Of a stretch of DNA of 64,000 bases, positions 56,151 through 64,000 are shown piece after piece. This DNA comes from the human T2T-CHM13v2.0 reference genome, Homo sapiens. Under the pieces are notes generated by a model. It did not search any database. It was not told the DNA's origin and worked only from the letters and a program-made list of their open reading frames with translations. The first letter of the stretch is position 1. Each line of letters starts with the position of its first letter. The DNA is taken from assembly GCF_009914755.1 (NCBI RefSeq), contig NC_060929.1; one strand, 5' to 3'. The translations under genes and the position numbers were made by a program.

Positions 56151-56191
56151 AGACTAGAAATTGCCTGGAAACAAAAATGCTTTCAATCTAT

Positions 56192-57034
56192 CAGGGATTC
56201 TTAACTTGGGGTCTGTGGCTAGATCTCAGGTTCCAGGAAACTGGATGAGAAAAAAATTTATGTCTCTATTTTTACTAAGCTATAATGAAAATTTAGCCTG
56301 TCCCTCTGTCATGAATGTAGGTGTGATAGTTGGCTTCCCATGTGGCTCCAGGGACCCCCCTCCTGATGTTCACACACCCGTGCAGTCTCTCCCTTGGAGC
56401 CCCACATTGGTCCTGTGACATACGGCACAGGAGGAGTGATGGCTGTTACTTCCGAGATTAGGTTATGAAAGGGTGCAGCTTCTGACTGGGACTCTTGTTC
56501 TTTTTCTCCATCACTCACTCTAAGGGAAGCCAGCTGCCATGTCTTGACATGTGACAAGGAACTAAGGCATCCAGCCAAGAGCCAGTGAGAATGTGAGACC
56601 AGCCAACAGCCACATGAGTGAGCTTGGAAGTTGGAAGTCAATCTTCCCGCCTTCAGATGGCTGGAGTCCTGGCCAACAACTTGACTTCAACCTCATGGGA
56701 GACTCAGAGGAAAAACGCCCAGCTAAGCCCCTCCTAGATTCCCAACCCTTAGAAACTGAGTGTGATATTTGTTATTTTTGAGTTGCTAAGTTGTGTTATG
56801 CAGCAATAAATAACACCATAGGCAGCAAACACTGTAGTATTAGCAGTACCTGTGATTCTATCACTTTATCACTAAAATATTTTGTTTATTGATTTTAATA
56901 TGACTGGTGTCCTTTATGTCCTTTATAATTCTATGTATGTATTTAAATTTTTGCATTTAAAAACATTCTTCTGAGAGGGGATCCATAGGCTTTACCAGAC
57001 AGCCAAAGGGCACAAAAAAAGGTTAAGAACCCTG
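56192..57034 (+). mobile_element. Charlie4a-like hAT DNA transposon split by an MLT1 LTR
   Basis: TIRs cagggattcttaac ... gttaagaaccctg. Removing the LTR rejoins the internal 'tgaatgtagg|cagcaaacactgtagtattagcagtacctgtga'. Confidence 0.75.
56322..56817 (+). mobile_element. MLT1E/F-like MaLR solo LTR
   Basis: 'gggaagccagctgccatgt', 'gccaacagccacatgagtgagcttggaag', 'ccagctaagcc', terminal 'gttatgcagcaataaataac'. TSD-like gtagg/atagg. Confidence 0.85.
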
Positions 57035-57734
57035 AATTTGCAAGTCATAGTTTCTTCCTGGTGATGTGCAGGGGGACAAAAAACACCTCCCAAAGGTGTA
57101 ATTAAATTCTGCACAGACCACAGCGGCAGGATCTTCCAGGGGTTGGGGCCAGCTGTCTGCTGTGGGGACAGGGATGAGCTTGGTGGGCTGGGCAGGGCTG
57201 TCCTCCTCCACAGGAGGGAGGAGCAGCTTCTGCATCCAGCCTGGACTCCTCCAGCACCAGCAGTGCCTCCTGCCCACACTTTGCACCAAACATAGCTCTC
57301 CCTTCCCTTTTCATCCAGTGTCAGAATTGCTCTTTTAATTGGCTGACAACCCTGAAGCCGGGAGAATGCAGAGGAATGCAGTCAATGTGCTGACAGCCCG
57401 TGTGAGAGTCAGCACAGAGCACCCGCTGGGCTGAGCAGCAGGAGGTGGGCTCCTTCCCAGGGTAGTCCAGAGAAGGAGCTGAATGTGAAACTCCTGTTTG
57501 GCATTTCCTGGCCCAGGACAATGGAGATCATCACACCTCCCCTTGATCCTCAGGAATCTGGATGCTCACTGTCTAGAGGGGACTGGACCCCAGAGGCATC
57601 TCCCCAGCCCTTCATGGAAAAGTGACCGGCACCAGTACCTCCATTTCCAAGATAAGAGTTTGTGTCCCTGGTCCTAGAGGTTCCAGGCGGAGCTAGGAAA
57701 AAGTTAGAGAATGTTGGCCACCTCCAGTGTCAGT

Positions 57735-57850
57735 CTCAGCTTACAGATGTGGACACTGAGAGCAAGAAAAGTGAAGTGTCTTCTCAGGGTCACAAAATTC
57801 ATTTGGCAAGAGTCAAATCAAAACCCTGGTGTCCTGACACACTGTGCCTG
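57735..57850 (-). mobile_element. MIR
   Basis: 'ttacagatgtggacactgagagcaagaaaagtgaagtg...agggtcaca'. Confidence 0.7.
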
Positions 57851-59224
57851 TCTTATTGACTGTTATATTTCTAAGCCCTGGCAGAGGGCCCAGCACATAG
57901 AATGTTGTTGAAGGCATGAGTAAGCACACCCAATCTGAGTGTTCTTTCTGTCCCATCAAACCTTTCTACACTTTCACACAAGGACATGGAAAAAACAGTG
58001 GGCCTGGGTGAATCTCTTCATTTTAATTTTCCTCTTTGTCAAAACGAATGGTAAGTTGTCTCCCCATCTCTACTTCCTCCTTTTTCCACTTCAAAATCTA
58101 AAAAATCACCCATATTTTGGCAAGCTGTTAGATTACAAGAGTGAATTTTGTTGTAAATTTGGTAATCCTAGGATCATTACTAGTTTAGCTGTAAAATGAA
58201 GAGGTACTCTAAGACTATTATAACAAGACAGGAAAGATAGTGCTGGGGACTCTCTGTGACCCATGATGAGACAGGAGGGATGAAGGAGGGACCCCCCACC
58301 TCCTCTGAGGCCAGAGCTGAGTCACAGGTATCTGAAGAATTTGTATCTCCCCTGCCTAGAGCAGCGCCATTCATGCATTACATATAGTAGGTGCTCAATA
58401 AAGATTAGTTGACTGCTGATTGACTGACAGAGTAGTGAAAGCACCCTGCGAGCTGACCCTAATGGTGGTCACCACAGCCTCCCATGTCTTCTCCCTGCAG
58501 ATGAGATAGGCCACCAAGACGTGAAGTCCTAAGGGATCCAAGCCAGAGCCAGATCTCCAATGTGCCCTTCCAGGCTCTAGTAATGAGGATATGAGAAGCC
58601 CAGGGTGGCAGAATCCAGGTAGACCTCTGTATTGCACATGTGTGCATATACATGCCTTGCCAATGTGTACCTCTGTAATCAGCTAATAGGAACTGGTAGA
58701 CATCTATAGAGGACAGCCAGCCAGAACAAAGCCGTGGCATCATGATCCCAAAGCTGAAGGAGTTTATCTTCACCATCTCCATTACTGGTCGTAAGTCTTA
58801 AGGAGCCACATGGCCACATTGTGGCTTTCAAAAGCAGTCCCTGGCCTTCAGTTTTTCAATGAAGTATACCTCATAACACACAGACACACACACACACACA
58901 AAACATATATATATAACACTTATGTATGAAAAGTATACTCTTTTATCTAGAAATATTCCCAGAAAAATCAAGGAAGAAAAACATCAAACATAAAAAAGTA
59001 TATTCTATTTTAGTGTGTTTCCTTTTTTCCAGTCTCCTGAAAATCCTTGGATGCAGGCTAAGTTGATGAGTTCATGAGTTGGATACAGTATGTGTTTTGA
59101 ATTTTTATAAAATCCTTGGAAGATTATACCGGATAAGGCAGTTTTTTTCTTCCTGTGACATATTTGAAATAGAAGGAAAAACAGGAGGCATATGCCCCTG
59201 AATAGTTTAAGGTAATGTGGTTTT

Positions 59225-59620
59225 AGCCATTCAGAGCAATAAATATTTATTGACATCCTACTATATATAAGACATTGAGCAAGTGCCTTACAGAGTCAGA
59301 AATGAACATGATACATCCCCGTAGATAAGGATTTGTGCCTCTGGGTACCTATAATCTACTATATACACAACAAATGAAGTGTATACACAAATGATAGAAA
59401 ATGCATGCAGAAAGTGCTAGATGCAGTAAAAGACTCCAAATAACATATTCTGGAATGACAAAGAGCAATTTTAGGAGAATGAAGGGATTAAAGGGTGAAT
59501 GAGAGGTGAGACTGAGGAGACATAAGTACAGGAATTTAGAGTTAAGAAGGTGAGGACAATATTGAAGTGAATGGCAGGGCCAAAGAAAAAATTCTCTCCA
59601 AAGGGGAAGTATGGAACCCA
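59225..59620 (-). mobile_element. L2 fragment
   Basis: 'caataaatatttattgacatcctactatat..aagacattg' is the reverse L2 tail. Confidence 0.6.
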
Positions 59621-60503
59621 TTTCTACCATCCAATCATGTGCTCTCTCTCTCTCTTTCTCCCTCTAGGTTGCAGAATCAAATGTACAAAGCTAAAGGTTA
59701 GCATGCCAAAGACCATTTTTTTATTCTCAGAGACCTGAGAAAGGAAGGTTAAAGGGTCCTATGACCAAATTATTTTTCACCTTAAAATCTCTGTCTTTAC
59801 TTTCCCTAAGTGGTTTTCCATGTCCCTGTCTCCTTAGCAATAATGACCAACGTCAAGATGAAATAAGATGAGAGAAAGTATCTGAGTGCTGTGTTTTGTC
59901 TTTCAACCAGGCACCTAAATATATCCACAAATCAATTCTACTCAAAAGGGCGGCTGCCTGGAAGGCACTGGCGTAGGCCTTGATCTCTCAACCCCCTTCT
60001 TTCAAATGGCTCTCTGACCTTTTAGAGTTTGCATTTTTTTCTTGGCCAATTTTCTTCAGTAATATTCTTCCTGTTTTCTTTCTAGCCATGATGTTTTATC
60101 TAGCCTACCTCTAAATATTATTTCCTCTCTAGCCACACATTAGCTTATTTTAACTACTTATTCTTTCCTGACTATCACCTTTCTACAAACTTCCCACGTC
60201 TCTTTGGCACTTTTCCAGCCATTTTCCATCTTACCTCGTATTTTGTGCAGAGTTCATACAAATGTATATATATTATACATATAACTCATTCCCATGGGCA
60301 AGCTTCACAGGAAGCATCTTACAAGGCACCATTCATCACATCCCACACTATACCCTGGCCCCAAAAGCTTGTTTAAAGCTCTTCCTCTGATAGCAGATTC
60401 TATGTAAGGCAGGCAGAGCAGCATGCTGAGAAGGGACTCTAACTCCCCCTTTCCCTCTCATTTGTCAAGTGAGATCATGTATATGAAAAGGCTTTGAAAT
60501 TCA

Positions 60504-60831
<328 letters not shown>

Positions 60832-60884
60832 TGCAGTTTTGAAAATTTTAAAGCATGTCCCTGCTGTTATTACAGTTTGTTTTC

Positions 60885-61760
60885 TTGCACATTAAACAAG
60901 AATTTATTGAGAAACGTCTGTGTGTCAGGCATTAGAGGTAAAATGTGAACAAGATAGTGTGGTCTAAGATGCAAAAGGAAAGGAAGGAAGGAAGGAAGGA
61001 AGGAAGGAAGGAAGGAAGGAAGGAAGGAAGGAAGGAAGGAAGGAAGGGAGGGAAAAAAAATTGCACAGTTCCTGGCTTCATAATTCTTACAGTCTACAGC
61101 AGAACATGGGTGTTAATCAAATGTTATATGATTAGGTATAAAATGACCACTGGGCTCATTTTATACCTAGTGCTATGAAGAAAAGTTTTATCATACCATG
61201 TAGTAAGGAGTAGGCACTTGATGCAGTCTTAGGAGGAGTCAGGGGTCACCCTGATGTATCTGAGAACTGGAGGATGATTGGGAGCAAATTCTGCCCAGGC
61301 AGACTGTGAAAAAGCACCCCAGGCCCAGTGCATGGCCTTTGCAAAGGTCCAAAGGTGGGAAGGAGCAGGGCTAGTTTCTCCAGGACCTGGAAGAAGGCCA
61401 ATGTGATAGGATGAAGCCAATATGAGTGAGGGATGTGGTCCATGATGGGCTGGAGAAAAGATAGTTGGGCTTTCTAGACAAAGTCAAATTTCATGGGGAA
61501 TACTAAGGGGTTTTAGCTATAATTCAGGTAACTATGGGAAGACAGCAACTTTGAATACAGTGGCAACAGATTGTGTTGGAGGGAAGAGCAAGGAATAGTC
61601 GACCTAAAGAGTCCATGGGAGAAGTATAGGTGAGAAGGATGATCATGATTTAAGCTTATGTGGTGACACCAAAGTTGGAAAAAGTTAAGAGTGTCAAGCA
61701 ATACTTAAGAGGTAAAATTCTCATAATTTGGTAACAGAATAGAAGTAGAGGATGAGGAAG
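60885..61760 (-). mobile_element. L2 relic containing an (AAGG)n expansion
   Basis: 'aacaagaatttattgag...tgtgtgtcaggca' and 'tgcaaaggtccaaaggtgggaaggagc...aagaaggccaatgtg'. Confidence 0.75.
60980..61047. repeat. (AAGG)17 tetranucleotide microsatellite
   Basis: Perfect run read directly. Confidence 0.98.
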
Positions 61761-62739
61761 AAAGCTCCGCAGAAAATTGCTACTGGCTTTTCCACTTGAG
61801 AGATTAGATGTACATGGAGGCATTCACTTGGCTCTTTGCCCGTGGAGTAGCAAGTGCAGCCATTCTGAAAGAGTGTCCCTCCAGCACAGGGGTGTTGCTG
61901 AGCAATGCCATATCACAGGGGCTGAGACATTCATGGATGGTATCTCCAAAAGACACTACTGGATAGGGTCCCTGAACTTCAGAGAAGAGGAAGGCTCCAT
62001 TCAACTACAGATCAGCAGCCTGTCATTCAAGAGCCCTCCTGAAACACAAGGTTGTGACTGATGGTCTGGTCCAGTCACTCCACAGGCACCATGCAGTGTC
62101 CACTCACTACAGTCCTTTCCTCAGTCCACCAGCCCTGGACCCACTAGAGCCACAGAAGGATCCCAAGACCGGCTCTCACGCTGAGCACCCAACAAACTTC
62201 CTGCCCCTTCTCATTCCTCAGAATGCTGATACCTCTTTCGCTATGCCCTAAAGCACAAATGCCTCATTCTAAATGCTTTCCAGGACAAGAGACCTGGATT
62301 GCCTTTCTGCTGAAGAAAACACAAAATGGCCTGTTTACAGGTTGTTGCTGTGGGTGCAATGGATCTGAGTACAAACCTGGAAGCTTCTTTTCTTTCTGGC
62401 CTTCTAAACTCTAAAATGTTAACCCCTACCTTCTTTTTGGACAATAAAATATGATTTCCTTCAAGAGAGCTCTCACCTACAAAAACAATAGATCTGTTTA
62501 TAACCCCACCTTTGTGGCAAGAGATGGAAGAAGAATGTCTCGAGTCACTGTCTAAATGCTACTGAAAGATCTTCCATGCCTCACTTCCACAGTTCGAAAC
62601 AAAAGCCATCAGTTTTTAATCTTCAACAAGCCATTCCACTACAGTCAGTGAAGCTTACATTTGTGGAACATTACAGATGTCCTACAAAATCCTGTCTCCC
62701 CCTTGACCAGCTTAACTCCCCCAACTTCCCTTGTAGTTA

Positions 62740-62972
62740 TGTGTGTCCATAAAACCCTCTCACTGTTGGCTGACTGTAAGGTGGATGCTCAAGGTGACTT
62801 TGAGATCCACATGTTGACTATGACAGAGCAACCCTCAGCCTGGGTCCCTGAATGAAGGAGAGGATAGCTGCTCCTCCTACCAGAAGACCCTCCATGACTC
62901 TTTCATGAGAAAGAATAGCTCTTTTCTTTAAGCCACTAAACTTCTGAAGTCTGATAGCTACTAGCAGCACCT
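62740..62972 (+). mobile_element. MLT1J-like LTR fragment
   Basis: 'cagcctgggtccctgaatga...catgagaaagaatag...tttaagccact'. Confidence 0.65.
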
Positions 62973-63109
62973 TTTTAGTCATGTATGATGCTCATTGGAC
63001 ATTTCTAGACCATAATCTTGATAGATTTGGTAGATGGCTCTCCTATCATCCTCTTGTGCTTGCTTTAACTATAATACTTAGACAAGTAAACGGATCATTT
63101 TAATGACCT

Positions 63110-63240
63110 GAGATGGCTCTCCTATTAAACCATGAGCTTCTTGGAGGCAAAGACTACACTACGCCTCATCCTTCATTCAATCTACAGTTCCTAGCCTAGT
63201 GCTTGGCATACATGAAGCTTTCAACAGATAAATTTTTATT
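63110..63240 (+). mobile_element. L2 3' end
   Basis: 'atgagcttcttggaggcaaagact...cctagcctagtgcttggcatacat'. Confidence 0.75.
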
Positions 63241-64000
63241 ATCTCATATTGCTTAGGAAATATTGTGTGATGGGCTTGCAAAATTTACTCACATAACAAT
63301 TCAGATGTGCAGAGAAGATATACCTCTGGGCCTAATCTTTCTCATGATGCTTCCCTTGCTTGTTTGTTGGGATATACCAAAGAGGATGACTCAATGCCGA
63401 ATCCAGGTAAACCTTTCTCTACTGCTACAATGTAAATAACCTCTGAGTAATACCTGTACTGTTGGAATAATTGCTGTTATTAATATTAACTTTTCTTTCT
63501 CCTATGTAGTGTCTAGGATATGAAAGGAAAAACACTGGAGTAAAAGAGTCTCAAGCCCACCTGATGTCCTCCCAATCCTAGGTGGCCTTGCCTGTAGGGA
63601 GTCTGCTTTGCAGTGGGCAGCTGCTGAATTCTTTCTCAGTTGAGTCAGGATCCTGTGGCTACTTTCTGTTAACTTTGCAGGGCAGACTTCTCTGAGTCTT
63701 TGTTATGTCCTTCCAGAGCCCCAGACCAAATTGTTCTTCCCCAGCCTTTATTATGTGATTATCTCACTCCAACCATGATGGCCCTAAGGATGACCCCCTG
63801 GCTCTCTCTTGGTGTTTATGCCATACAGAAATCAGGAGAGACTCAGGAGTGTAATCCAGATCCTCTGTCTAGCCTGCTGCTCTCTTAGCTGAGCTGTGCC
63901 TTGTTGGCATGATGTCCATTGCACAGATGCCTCTTGCAGATTTCTAGCAGGAAGTAAAATTAAAGCTCATCAAAGGGAATTCAGGACTCACATGTCTGAC

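Overview
This is primate (human-like) non-coding euchromatic DNA, AT-rich and CpG-depleted with no CpG island. I cannot identify the locus and see no recognisable host protein-coding exon, RNA gene or CRISPR array. Much of the window is interspersed repeat. It includes Alus (AluY/S/J and a FAM), a near full-length ancient L1MC with a young L1PA nested in it, an internally deleted L1MA, a complete THE1B MaLR provirus, solo LTRs (LTR8, THE1D, LTR40, LTR16, several MLT1), L2/MIR/L3 relics and DNA-transposon MITEs. The only ORF with real protein homology is an L1 ORF2p remnant. I found no evidence for a new multi-gene system. The best second-look items are: (1) a TSD-bounded L1MA whose 5' end is fused directly to late ORF2; (2) an 89-bp micro-inversion inside an old L1; (3) candidate + strand lncRNA exons with strong splice signals; (4) DUX4-type motifs in both THE1B LTRs; (5) a perfect IR1 nuclear-receptor element; (6) a perfect GATA palindrome; (7) a close inverted Alu pair. 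Repeat subfamily calls come from my recollection of consensus sequences, and boundaries of old repeats are approximate.
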